Shown piece by piece: positions 9,442 through 18,356 of a stretch of DNA of 64,000 bases; position 1 is the stretch's first letter; each line of letters begins with the position of its first letter. The stretch is from Patescibacteria group bacterium (lineage in GTDB: Bacteria > Patescibacteriota > Microgenomatia > UBA12405). Location of the stretch: positions 316,735 to 380,734 of the forward strand of contig JAMCSD010000006.1 of assembly GCA_023380755.1 (NCBI GenBank), in the 5' to 3' direction. The notes beneath the pieces were generated by a model. It had not been told where the DNA came from. It worked only from the letters and a program-made list of their open reading frames with translations, and made no database searches. The position numbers were made by a program, and so were the translations under genes.

Positions 9442-10359
9442 ATTTCCAACAAACTTCTTATCATTTCTGGTCCCACCGCTACCGGCAAAACCGCTCTCGC
9501 CGCCGATTTTGCCCGACGTTTTAATGGTGAACTAATTTCCGCTGATTCACGCCAAATTTACTTGGGATTGAACATCGGTACCGGCAAAGATCACCCCACG
9601 GGAACGCCGATCCATCTCGTTGACCTCTTAACCCCACATCAAAGCTTTTCCGCCGCCGAATTCCGTACTCTCGCCCTCCAGCAAATCAAACGCTTATGGC
9701 GTCTCAATAAGCTTCCGATTGTCGTTGGCGGTACGGGTCAGTATGTCGATGCCATTCTCCATCCCCAAGAAACATATTCCGTCAAACCTAATCCCATTCT
9801 CCGAAAGAGTCTCAACCGTCTGCCGCTCGCCATGCTCCAAAACACTCTTCGCCTAGTTGACAGCCCCACCTATGCTGCCTTGAACAATTCTGACCTGCAC
9901 AACCCTCATCGCCTTATCCGAAAAATCGAACTCCGTCTTCACAATCTCTCTCACCCTTCCTTTCTTCCCAAAATAATTTCCCTGAAACAACCCAAATTTG
10001 ATACCCTTCATTTTGTCCTCACTGCCCCCCGGCCCTTTCTCTACCAAAGAATCGACCGGCGACTCCATCAACGGCTTGAAAGGGGATTATTAGATGAGAT
10101 TGCCGAAATCCTAAAAGATTATTCCTGGTCCGACCCGGGCCTCAATACGATCGCCTACCAGGAATTTAAGCCTTACTTTACCCACTCCGCCACATTAGAA
10201 TCTGCCCTTAAGCATTGGCAACTTGACGAGCACCACTATTGCAAGCGTCAGCTTACTTGGCTGAAACGTATAAAAAATGCAGTACTTATCGATATATCGA
10301 AGAAAGACTATAAGAAAAAGATGGGAAAGATAGCCGTAAATTGGTATAATTGTAGGTAA
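9442..10359 (+). CDS. miaA: tRNA dimethylallyltransferase MiaA (start uncertain; no canonical start before the P-loop)
   Basis: Frame extends upstream of the track ORF: ISGPTATGKT, ELISADSRQIY, VGGTGQY, YCKRQLTW. Confidence 0.9.
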   Translation: MSNKLLIISGPTATGKTALAADFARRFNGELISADSRQIYLGLNIGTGKDHPTGTPIHLVDLLTPHQSFSAAEFRTLALQQIKRLWRLNKLPIVVGGTGQYVDAILHPQETYSVKPNPILRKSLNRLPLAMLQNTLRLVDSPTYAALNNSDLHNPHRLIRKIELRLHNLSHPSFLPKIISLKQPKFDTLHFVLTAPRPFLYQRIDRRLHQRLERGLLDEIAEILKDYSWSDPGLNTIAYQEFKPYFTHSATLESALKHWQLDEHHYCKRQLTWLKRIKNAVLIDISKKDYKKKMGKIAVNWYNCR

Positions 10360-11027
10360 TGAATGAAGTTGCCCCCCCAATTTCTTTTACTAAAAAACTA
10401 CATCAATTCTTCAACCGTTATCGGTCCTATCCTTATAAAAAAGGAGAGATAATTTTACGGGCCCAAGATTCCCCTTCTGGAGTTTATTACATTGAACAAG
10501 GTTTTATCCGCGTTTATTCTTTTACCGAAGATGGTGAAGAAAACCTTCATCTTATCTATAAAGAAGGTGAGATCTTTCCTTTGGTGTGGGTTTATACTAA
10601 CAGCGATCTCCGGTTTAATTATGAGGCGATGACCGATGTTGTTTTGTGGCGGGCCAACAAGGAGGACTTTATCCGTTTTGTCGATACTACCGATTCTGTA
10701 GCGGCTGAATTGATTCGCTATATTATGCGTGGGTTCGATATTTACTCTGATCGGGTGGATAACCTTTCGCTGCGCCATTCTTATGCTCGTTTAATTTCCC
10801 GGTTGTTGTTCTTGGCCAAAAACCACGGTAAAAGTCTGGGGGATAAAATCACCTTCGAAATCCCGATTACTCAAAAAGATCTCGCTTCAGCGATTAATGC
10901 TACCCGGGAGACTGTCAACAAAAATCTTAATACCCTCAAAAAGAAGAAGCTGATCACTATCAACAAAAAATCCATAACTATCCGTCAACCAAATGAGTTA
11001 GAAAAAGAGCTGATCGAACTCTACTGA
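10359..11027 (+). CDS. Crp/Fnr family transcriptional regulator
   Basis: cNMP-binding domain (YKKGEII, VYYIEQG.IRVY) plus HTH ITQKDLAS.I.ATRETVN. Confidence 0.95.
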   Translation: MNEVAPPISFTKKLHQFFNRYRSYPYKKGEIILRAQDSPSGVYYIEQGFIRVYSFTEDGEENLHLIYKEGEIFPLVWVYTNSDLRFNYEAMTDVVLWRANKEDFIRFVDTTDSVAAELIRYIMRGFDIYSDRVDNLSLRHSYARLISRLLFLAKNHGKSLGDKITFEIPITQKDLASAINATRETVNKNLNTLKKKKLITINKKSITIRQPNELEKELIELY

Positions 11028-11032
11028 ACCGT

Positions 11033-11048
11033 TGTGAAATAACTCACA
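11033..11048. promoter_or_regulatory. CRP consensus operator
   Basis: TGTGA-AATAAC-TCACA, a perfect match, between the crp-like gene and the KGG genes. Confidence 0.8.
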
Positions 11049-11142
11049 CTATTTAAGTAATAGTTTATATAGATATTCTTTTAGCTTAACGATAGACTAA
11101 TATTGCCTTATTAATTTAGAGCATGACAAGGAGGTGAAGATT

Positions 11143-11256
11143 ATGGCGACGAAAGGTAGGGGTTTTGCTTCGATGGACGAAGACAAACTCAGAGAAATTT
11201 CCCGTAAGGGTGGCAAGGCCAGCCATAGTGGCCGGGGTAGAAGTTCCCATCGGTAA
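11143..11256 (+). CDS. KGG-motif general stress peptide (YciG/GsiB-like), 37 aa
   Basis: MATKGRGFASMDEDKLREISRKGGKASHSGRGRSSHR; SD AAGGAGGTG. Confidence 0.88.
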   Translation: MATKGRGFASMDEDKLREISRKGGKASHSGRGRSSHR

Positions 11257-11302
11257 CGATATTCTACCCGGTTAATAGTTTAGAGGTGAGGAGGTGAAAT
11301 TT

Positions 11303-11428
11303 ATGGCTACTAGTTCCCGTGGATTTGCTTCAATGGACAAGGCTCGGCAAAGAGAAATATCCCGCAAGGGAGGGTTGAATAGTCACAAGAATGACCGCAA
11401 CCGTGCCATGGACGAAGATAACGAATAA
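11303..11428 (+). CDS. second KGG-motif general stress peptide, 41 aa
   Basis: MATSSRGFASMDKARQREISRKGGLNSHKNDRNRAMDEDNE; SD GAGGAGGTG. Confidence 0.88.
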   Translation: MATSSRGFASMDKARQREISRKGGLNSHKNDRNRAMDEDNE

Positions 11429-11443
11429 TTAATTCTTAGAAAC

Positions 11444-11481
11444 GCCCCCGGTATCCGCCAACTGGCGGAGGGGGCTTTTTT
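11444..11481 (+). terminator. terminator after the KGG genes
   Basis: GCCCC..TCCGCCA-AC-TGGCGGA..GGGGC then T6. Confidence 0.8.
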
Positions 11482-11525
11482 AAAGCAAAAATTAAGGAAA
11501 GCTCCCTAATTTGATACAATATGCC

Positions 11526-12512
11526 ATGAGACCGGTTCGAGTGGAGATTTCTTGGAAAACAATCATCTTTACCACCTGTTTTTTTATTGGCTTGGCTCTT
11601 TTATGGCAGTTGCGCTCTCTTATCCTCACCGTCTTTGTTTGTTTTGTCTTTATGGAAGCGCTTAATCCCACCATCGTCAAGCTGGAGAGGCTGCGCTTGC
11701 CGCGGCCTTTAGCCATCTTCCTAATCTATGCCATGGTCATTATCCTCATTTCTTTTGCCGTTGCCGGTATTGTTCCTATTATCATCGAACAAACCACCTC
11801 ATTAATCACCACTTTACCCAATACCCTTAATTCCATCAATTTTTACGGCATTAAAGCCTCTGACCTTTATTCTCAATTTCGTATCTTAGACACTTTGCCG
11901 GGGGAAATAGCCAAAACCACCGTTTCCATCTTTTCCAACTTTCTTTCAGCTATCGTTCTGTTGGTGGTTACCTTTTATCTCCTTTTGGAGCGGAAAAACT
12001 TCCCGAAATACGGCCGTAAGTTGTTAGGGGAAGACCGGAACGCTATTTTTGTCTATATTATCGAACAGCTCGAAGACCGACTCGGCAGGTGGGTCAGTGC
12101 CGAAATCATTTTAATGAGCATTATTGGTCTGCTTTCTTATTTTGGATATGTGCTGCTTAACTTACGTTATGCCCTCATTTTAGCCTTATTAGCCGGTCTT
12201 TTGGAAATTATTCCTAACATTGGTCCGGTTATTACGGCTGTTCTGACCGCCATGGTCGCTCTTACTATTTCTCCGGTTACCGCCCTCTTGACTATCGGCT
12301 GGGGAATCCTTGTCCACCAACTGGAAAACAACTTTATAACCCCTAAAATCATGAAAGAAACCACCGGCATCAATCCTCTGATTACCATCCTCGCAATTAC
12401 TGCTGGTGCTCAGCTTAGCGGGATTATCGGTGCTATCTTAGCCGTCCCCGTATTCATTACTATCGAAGTCATTTTTAAGACATTAATGGAAACAAGACAG
12501 AGAGGTCGATAA
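11526..12512 (+). CDS. AI-2E family (PerM/YhhT) transporter
   Basis: Multi-TM; AL.P.V..L, EIIPNIGP, QLENNFITPKIM, G..GAILAVP. Confidence 0.92.
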   Translation: MRPVRVEISWKTIIFTTCFFIGLALLWQLRSLILTVFVCFVFMEALNPTIVKLERLRLPRPLAIFLIYAMVIILISFAVAGIVPIIIEQTTSLITTLPNTLNSINFYGIKASDLYSQFRILDTLPGEIAKTTVSIFSNFLSAIVLLVVTFYLLLERKNFPKYGRKLLGEDRNAIFVYIIEQLEDRLGRWVSAEIILMSIIGLLSYFGYVLLNLRYALILALLAGLLEIIPNIGPVITAVLTAMVALTISPVTALLTIGWGILVHQLENNFITPKIMKETTGINPLITILAITAGAQLSGIIGAILAVPVFITIEVIFKTLMETRQRGR

Positions 12513-12781
12513 GCTGGATTCTGTTTATGGGCCATCTATCTTTTCTCCTTACCTGGAGCTGCCAAAAGCTAGGTCATAACGCTCCATCTTAGGATTTCCA
12601 CGGGAAGGTTGCTCGTTTCACCCTCAGCTTGCCGTAGCTCCTTGCGGAGGCAGCTCGCTTACTCGTCTCTGTAGCAGAGCCTTAAGCTCACGCCTAACCG
12701 TACCTGTTTCGGTTCCCTGCTTTTTGTGGTCCAGACTTTCCTGTCCGAAAAATTTCGGACTAGGCCCTTCGGCCTCTCTGT
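12497..12781 (-). ncRNA. rnpB: RNase P RNA (compact, about 285 nt)
   Basis: Reverse strand has AGGAAAGTCTGGAC near the 5' end and AACAGAATCCAGCTTA near the 3' end (P4), GGGTGAAAC, and P1 CAGAGAGG/CCTCTCTG; -10 TAAAAT directly upstream. Confidence 0.92.
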
Positions 12782-12787
12782 TCAATT

Positions 12788-12964
12788 TTACCCTAAAAGT
12801 GCCGCATCAGAAGCGGATAAGATCTTGAACATTTTGGTACCGGTTTCTGGATCGACTGCTTGAGCTGCTACCCGACCATTCTTGAGAGTGACTTTCTGGA
12901 CTTTGGAAACGTCGACTTCGACAGCCTTGCGGGCTTTGACGGAATAAAATTTAATCGTTGCCAT
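12788..12964 (-). CDS. 58-aa basic protein resembling DUF5679 / crenarchaeal Cc1
   Basis: MATIKFYSVKARKAVEVDVSKVQKVTLKNGRVAAQAVDPETGTKMFKILSASDAALLG; SD GGGGTGA; family call from recalled motifs (TLKNGR, P.TGTKMF.I). Confidence 0.7.
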   Translation of the reverse strand: MATIKFYSVKARKAVEVDVSKVQKVTLKNGRVAAQAVDPETGTKMFKILSASDAALLG

Positions 12965-12971
12965 GAAATTC

Positions 12972-13142
12972 TCACCCCCTTGTGTGAAATAAAGAAATAA
13001 AAGTTGGATTCAAGAGGGCATAAATTACCACAATGGCAATCAGTGCCGTGAAACTTAAAAGTAGACTCTTTATTAGGTCTTGTTTTATCCATTCCACCTC
13101 ATTTACTTGCGTACTTTCCAATAGTTTTGTTTTATCAATCAT
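12972..13142 (-). CDS. 56-aa single-TM membrane protein (not in ORF track)
   Basis: MIDKTKLLESTQVNEVEWIKQDLIKSLLLSFTALIAIVVIYALLNPTFISLFHTRG; does not overlap neighbours. Confidence 0.65.
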   Translation of the reverse strand: MIDKTKLLESTQVNEVEWIKQDLIKSLLLSFTALIAIVVIYALLNPTFISLFHTRG

Positions 13143-13191
13143 AAGCTTCTCAAAGGCAGTATAGCATAATCTCTGTTACAATAAAGCTATC

Positions 13192-13542
13192 ATGAACCTG
13201 GCTGTCCTGTTATTGTTGCTTGTCAATCTTTTTTGGACACTTTATTTAACTTATCTCTTTGTCCGGAAGAAAGGTAATACCGCTAGCGTAAGCACCTCGG
13301 AAACCGCTGCCAATTTTACTAAAATTCACCTCGTCCGCTTTAACCCCTTTGAAGAACTGGGTGGCGATCAAAGTTTTATCCTGGTATTATTGGATAGCCA
13401 CTTAAGCGGAGTTATCATTACTTCACTCCACGCTAAGGAAGCGACCCGTGTCTATGCCAAACCGGTCAAAAATGGTCAGGCACAGGATGTTGTCTTATCA
13501 AAAGAGGAAAAAGTCGCCCTCGCTAAAGCCATTAAAAATTAA
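13192..13542 (+). CDS. DUF4446 family membrane protein
   Basis: N-terminal TM, LVRFNPF..LGGDQSF..LLD, TRVYAKPV, LS.EE. Confidence 0.88.
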   Translation: MNLAVLLLLLVNLFWTLYLTYLFVRKKGNTASVSTSETAANFTKIHLVRFNPFEELGGDQSFILVLLDSHLSGVIITSLHAKEATRVYAKPVKNGQAQDVVLSKEEKVALAKAIKN

Positions 13543-13548
13543 AGACTT

Positions 13549-14793
13549 ATGAACCTTAAATCGAAAACAATATTTATTTATTTAGGAGTTTTCCTCCTTC
13601 TTTTTGGTGCTTCTTACGCTGTCTTTTCGTTTATTTCTCCAGTTGTCAGTGAAATTGCTAATCCTAATCCCAACAATAATTCCCAAAACGCTACCCCGAC
13701 CGCTGCCGCCAAGACTGGTATTCTCACCTTTGAAGGTCCCAAGGTCGCTGCTTGTCCACTAAACGGCGAGCTGTATACCAAAGACGAGCAGAACATCTGG
13801 CAAACCCGGCGCCCACTGGTAGTCATGATTGAAAACCACAAAGATGCCCGGCCCCAATCCGGCCTTTCCAATGCCGACGTTGTTTATGAAGCCGTGGCCG
13901 AAGGCGGTATTACCCGGTTTATGGGTGTTTTCTATTGCGGGGCTGTTAAGGGCTCGACTCAAAAATACGATGTCGGCCCAGTCCGTTCTGCTCGGACTTA
14001 CTTTCTCGATTTGGCTTCCGAATATGCTGATGTACCTTTATACACCCATGTCGGCGGTGCCAACTGTAGTGCTGCCACTCCTGGCGGTCCCTGTACCACC
14101 AACAAAAAAGCTTTAGCCTTGGAGCAGATTGATCAGTATGGCTGGACTAAGAAGGGGGCTTGGGGTGATATGAACGAATTCTCCCTTTCCTACAGCATTT
14201 GCCGCCGGGAATATGAACGCACCGGCACTGTTAAAGACACTGAACATACCATGTATTGTTCCACTCCCCAGTTGTGGAATATGGCGGCTAACCGCGGCTT
14301 GACAAACATTACCACAGCCACTAATACTCCCTGGAACAAAAACTTCCGCTCTTGGGCTTTTAATGCCACTGACCAAACTGTGGCTGGCGGTCCGAGCACT
14401 ATTAGCTTTGACTTCTGGCCAGGGTACAAAGATTACTCAGTATCCTGGAAATATGATGCCGCTTCTAACTCTTATGTCCGCTCCAATGGCGGTCAGCCTC
14501 ATATTGATTTCGATACCGGCAAGCCCTTAACGACTAAGAATTTGGTTATCGAATATGCCAAGGAAACCCGTAATATCGATGAGCATATGCACAACCTTTA
14601 CGATGTGGTGGGTACCGGCAAGGGTGTCCTTTTACAAAATGGTGCTCCCGCTCAAGAGATCACCTGGTCCAAGCCCAACCGCACTGCCCGGACAATTTTC
14701 CGTGATAAAAACAACAAAGAGGTTAATTTCGTTCCTGGCCCGATTTGGATTGAAATCCTCCCCCTGGGGAATCCGGTTAATTATGAAAGCTAG
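13549..14793 (+). CDS. DUF3048 family exported protein (YerB-like)
   Basis: RPL.VMIEN...ARPQSGL..ADVVYE..AEGGITRF, GPVRSAR. Confidence 0.92.
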   Translation: MNLKSKTIFIYLGVFLLLFGASYAVFSFISPVVSEIANPNPNNNSQNATPTAAAKTGILTFEGPKVAACPLNGELYTKDEQNIWQTRRPLVVMIENHKDARPQSGLSNADVVYEAVAEGGITRFMGVFYCGAVKGSTQKYDVGPVRSARTYFLDLASEYADVPLYTHVGGANCSAATPGGPCTTNKKALALEQIDQYGWTKKGAWGDMNEFSLSYSICRREYERTGTVKDTEHTMYCSTPQLWNMAANRGLTNITTATNTPWNKNFRSWAFNATDQTVAGGPSTISFDFWPGYKDYSVSWKYDAASNSYVRSNGGQPHIDFDTGKPLTTKNLVIEYAKETRNIDEHMHNLYDVVGTGKGVLLQNGAPAQEITWSKPNRTARTIFRDKNNKEVNFVPGPIWIEILPLGNPVNYES

Positions 14794-15379
14794 CAGCAGC
14801 TTGCGGTCCCTGATTGTTTCCGGGACACGGCTCAAAATAATTCACCAGTTGTTTTATTTTCCGAACGAAATTCGTTATGTTCGGGAATTGGTCCGTGGTA
14901 CCGGTGAGGAAATTAATTCTGTCCGCCGGGAACTTTCCAATCTCAAAGAAAGTAATGTTGTCGAATCCGAAGTCCGGGGTAACCGTCTATATTACTGGGC
15001 TAACCCCAGCAGCTCTCTTTACGATGACCTTCTCCTCTTAACCCACAAAAGCTCCGGACTGGGAGCCAAATTGGCCAATAATAAGGTTCGTTTGGGTAAG
15101 CTCAAGTATGTTCTTTACAGCCGTGACTTCATTTGTAATAACCAAAAGAAAACGGGTACCGTCGACATTATTTTTGTCGGCAATCCTACCCTTAAAGTGA
15201 TTGAAAGCCTAATCAAAGCCGAGGAAGAACGCCGTGGGCGGGAAATCAATTACATGGTCATGGACAAGCAGGAACTTATTTTACGTAAGACCCGCCGTGA
15301 TCCTTTTATTATCGACTTTTTCCTTTCCTATCCGGCTGTTATAATTGGCTCGAGCTCTAGTTTGTCGAATATTGAATAA
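14783..15379 (+). CDS. winged-HTH plus degenerate nucleotidyltransferase-fold protein
   Basis: YVRELVR...EEINSVRREL..L, VRGNRLYY.AN, VDIIFVG, REINY.V; start at ATG 14783. Confidence 0.7.
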   Translation: MKASSSLRSLIVSGTRLKIIHQLFYFPNEIRYVRELVRGTGEEINSVRRELSNLKESNVVESEVRGNRLYYWANPSSSLYDDLLLLTHKSSGLGAKLANNKVRLGKLKYVLYSRDFICNNQKKTGTVDIIFVGNPTLKVIESLIKAEEERRGREINYMVMDKQELILRKTRRDPFIIDFFLSYPAVIIGSSSSLSNIE

Positions 15380-15573
15380 TGTTCAAACGAAAAATTATTA
15401 AAACGGGCAACAGCTTGTGTGTCACTATCCCTTTTCGGGTAGCCTCCGATTTAGATATCAAAGAAGGGGATATCGCCTTACTCAGGGTCAATAAATCCCA
15501 CTCCCGGGTGACCTATCTTTTTCCCGGGCATCCCAAACAGTTATCACTGATCGAATCTGATAAAAAACATTAA
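15379..15573 (+). CDS. AbrB/MazE/SpoVT-type DNA-binding protein
   Basis: RKIIKTGNSLCVTIP....LDIKEGD. Confidence 0.88.
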   Translation: MFKRKIIKTGNSLCVTIPFRVASDLDIKEGDIALLRVNKSHSRVTYLFPGHPKQLSLIESDKKH

Positions 15574-15576
15574 CTT

Positions 15577-16947
15577 ATGAAGCTCAGCCGTACTAAAAAA
15601 CTTTTCTGGCTCATTTTGGGCATTACCCTCTTAACCGCGGTTATCGATATGCCCAAAGTCTTACCGCTTAAATTCCGCCTCGGACCGCTTAAAATCGATC
15701 ATACTCTTTACCGGCCTGATTTTGCCATTAACTTAGGCAGTACCCAAATCAAAAAAAGTTTAGACCTCAAATATGGCTTGGATCTAGCCGGCGGCGCTCA
15801 GTTGGTTTTTGAAGCCGACACTTCCAAGCTCAAGCCCGGCGATATTCCTGATGCCTTAAATTCCCTCAAAGATAATATCGAACGCCGGGTTAATCTCTTT
15901 GGTGTGAGCGAGGCCAGTGTCCAGCTTTCCCACGAAAACAATTCCAACCGTTTAATTGTGGAGCTTCCGGGCGTAGCCAATGTCAACGATGCCATTGCTC
16001 TCATCGGCCAAACCGCCAAACTGGATTTCAAAGGTGAAGTTAATCTTCCCAAAGAGGCCACGGCATCGGCCACTATCTACGATCTTTTTGCTAAAGACTA
16101 TGGCTTAACTGGGGGTAACCTCGTCAAAGCCGCCGTCACCTATGATCCCAACACCTCCCAGCCGGAAGTTTCTTTGGAATTCAATGCTGATGGTGCCAAG
16201 AAATTCGCTACCGCCACCAAAGATATGTTAGGGAAAAGGATTGCTATTTTCTTGGACGACCAGCTTATTTCCTATCCCACGGTCAATTCCGAAATCCCCG
16301 ACGGCAAAGCCGTCATTCAGGGTAACTTTGATGTCAAGACTGCCAAAGCTTTAGCCGCCCAGTTGAACGCTGGCGCTCTCCCGGTGCCGATTAAAATGAT
16401 TCAGCAGACTCAAGTTGGTGCTACGCTGGGCAAGGATTCCATTACCAAAGGAGTTACCGCTGGCCTAGTTGGCCTGACTATAGTTGCCGTTTTTATGGTT
16501 GCTAATTACGGGATTTTAGGCCTTATTGCCGATCTTGGTTTATTAATTTATGGACTTATCACCCTGGCGCTTTATAAACTTATCCCGGTAACCCTTACCT
16601 TTCCCGGCATCGTTGGCTTTATCCTTTCTATCGGTATGGCCGTTGACGGCAATATTCTGATTTTTGAACGCTTTAAAGAAGAAATTCACCGCGGCCGGCC
16701 TTGGATTCAGGCTATGGAGCTGGGCTTTACCCGTGCCTGGAATTCCATTCGTGATGCTAACGGTTGCACCATCATCACTGGTCTTATTCTCTTTAATCCC
16801 TTTAACTGGTCGTTTTTAAATTCTTCGGGTCTAGTCCGCGGTTTTGCCATCACCCTTATTTTGGGCATTCTCATTGGTCTATTTACTTCGATAGTCGTCA
16901 CCCGCACCTTCCTGCGCTTATTTATTGCTAATCGGAAAGCCCAATAA
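15577..16947 (+). CDS. secD: protein translocase subunit SecD
   Basis: GLDLAGG, RRVN.FGVSE, IVELPG, L.AGALP, IGMAVDGNILIFER. Confidence 0.98.
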   Translation: MKLSRTKKLFWLILGITLLTAVIDMPKVLPLKFRLGPLKIDHTLYRPDFAINLGSTQIKKSLDLKYGLDLAGGAQLVFEADTSKLKPGDIPDALNSLKDNIERRVNLFGVSEASVQLSHENNSNRLIVELPGVANVNDAIALIGQTAKLDFKGEVNLPKEATASATIYDLFAKDYGLTGGNLVKAAVTYDPNTSQPEVSLEFNADGAKKFATATKDMLGKRIAIFLDDQLISYPTVNSEIPDGKAVIQGNFDVKTAKALAAQLNAGALPVPIKMIQQTQVGATLGKDSITKGVTAGLVGLTIVAVFMVANYGILGLIADLGLLIYGLITLALYKLIPVTLTFPGIVGFILSIGMAVDGNILIFERFKEEIHRGRPWIQAMELGFTRAWNSIRDANGCTIITGLILFNPFNWSFLNSSGLVRGFAITLILGILIGLFTSIVVTRTFLRLFIANRKAQ

Positions 16948-16951
16948 TTGT

Positions 16952-17911
16952 ATGAACTACCTCAATATCATGAAATTCCGCCCGCTCTTTTATGCTCTTT
17001 CCGGCTTCCTGATTGCCTTGTCACTTTTTTCCATTGCCAAATGGGGTTTCCGGCCTTCAATTGATTTTAAAGGTGGGACCATTTATCAAATTAAACTGCC
17101 CCATATTTCTGACCAGTCAAAAGTGGTTTCGGTCTTTAGAAGCAACAATATTCCTATAAGCTCCATTTCTAGTGCCGGGGAGAATGCTTATCTTGTCAAA
17201 TTCATTAATATCAGCCAACCTCAAAAACTTAAGCTCGATGAAAGTTTAAAAAAACTCGATAAGGACTTCCAATCCCTCCAGTTTGAAACCCTGGGCCCGA
17301 GTTTAGGCAAGGAATTATTGCAGAAAACTCTTTTTGCCGTCCTGCTTTCCGCCATCGCCCTCCTCGTTTTTATTGGTACCCGCTTCAGCGACTTTACTTT
17401 TGGCACCGGTGCCATTGTGGCTATGTTTCATGACGCCATCATCTTGATTGGTAGCTTTTCGCTGTTGGGCCACTTTTTGGGTGCCGAGTTGGATGCTCTT
17501 TTCGTCACGGCGCTGTTAACTACCCTATCAGCATCAGTTCACGATACCGTAGTCACCTTTGACCGCATTCGCGAACTGAAACGCCAAAAGTACCAAATTG
17601 AATGGGTCGAATTAGTTAACCAGGCAGTTACGGAAACCATTGTTCGTTCTTTTAACACTTCGATGACGGTGGTGATCATGCTTTTCGCCTTAGTGGTTTT
17701 GGGTGGTTCCACCACCCGCTGGTTTGCCCTCGCCCTTTTGATCGGTGTCGTCTGCGGCACCTATTCTTCTACCGGTGTGGCAATTCCGGTGGTTTTAGCT
17801 CTCAAAAAGTGGCAAGCTGGCCGTCACTCCAAAACCAAAAACCCTGCTCCTAAAGTAACTTCCAAATCTCCACCAGCCCGCGCCGCTGTTTCCCACCGTA
17901 GTAACCTATAA
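16952..17911 (+). CDS. secF: protein translocase subunit SecF
   Basis: IDFKGG, GPSLG.EL, HDTVV.FDRIRE, RSFNTS, GTYSS. Confidence 0.97.
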   Translation: MNYLNIMKFRPLFYALSGFLIALSLFSIAKWGFRPSIDFKGGTIYQIKLPHISDQSKVVSVFRSNNIPISSISSAGENAYLVKFINISQPQKLKLDESLKKLDKDFQSLQFETLGPSLGKELLQKTLFAVLLSAIALLVFIGTRFSDFTFGTGAIVAMFHDAIILIGSFSLLGHFLGAELDALFVTALLTTLSASVHDTVVTFDRIRELKRQKYQIEWVELVNQAVTETIVRSFNTSMTVVIMLFALVVLGGSTTRWFALALLIGVVCGTYSSTGVAIPVVLALKKWQAGRHSKTKNPAPKVTSKSPPARAAVSHRSNL

Positions 17912-17920
17912 AGGCAAAAA

Positions 17921-17960
17921 AATCCGCCAGGGACAAAATTTCTTTCGTATCCTGACGGAC
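17921..17960. repeat. hairpin/terminator, copy 1 of a repeated element
   Basis: AATCCGCCAGGGACAAAATTTCTTT (17921-17945) identical to 18901-18925. Confidence 0.8.
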
Positions 17961-17970
17961 TATCACTTAA

Positions 17971-18354
17971 CTAAACTGCGGATCTCTCCATCCACCACTC
18001 CGGCTTCGGCTCGGGCAACGTCTCGAGTCCCACAGCCTCAGCCAACTGTTCCAGCCACAACTGTGAACCAACATAGGGTGCCGTCGGAGGGTAATGCCGC
18101 TCCTGTTGATATTGATCCCGCCAGCTCGGTAGAATCGGAATTCCGCCCAGTTGCAAGATGTGGTTGAGCTCATCTTTTTGAGCGTCGTATTTGAGTTGTT
18201 CGGCTCGAAGCGCTTTGTGTACCTCGCAACACTCCCAGGTCAAATAGAGTAGGTTACATCCTGGTAACGGTTGTCGTATCGGTCGTGTCCGTTCCAGGAA
18301 CTCAAAATACTCCTTAATAAATGTCTCGACTCTCAGTTTCAGGTCACCGCTCAT
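17971..18354 (-). CDS. hypothetical protein, Cys/CC/His family paralog 1
   Basis: PGCNLLYLTWECCEVHKAL; SD AGGAG before ATG 18354. Confidence 0.8.
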   Translation of the reverse strand: MSGDLKLRVETFIKEYFEFLERTRPIRQPLPGCNLLYLTWECCEVHKALRAEQLKYDAQKDELNHILQLGGIPILPSWRDQYQQERHYPPTAPYVGSQLWLEQLAEAVGLETLPEPKPEWWMERSAV

Positions 18355-18356
18355 TT

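Noticed and set aside
12868..13092. Track ORF MDKTRPNK...CHC
   Set aside because: Overlaps two better non-overlapping ORFs (12788-12964 and 12972-13142)
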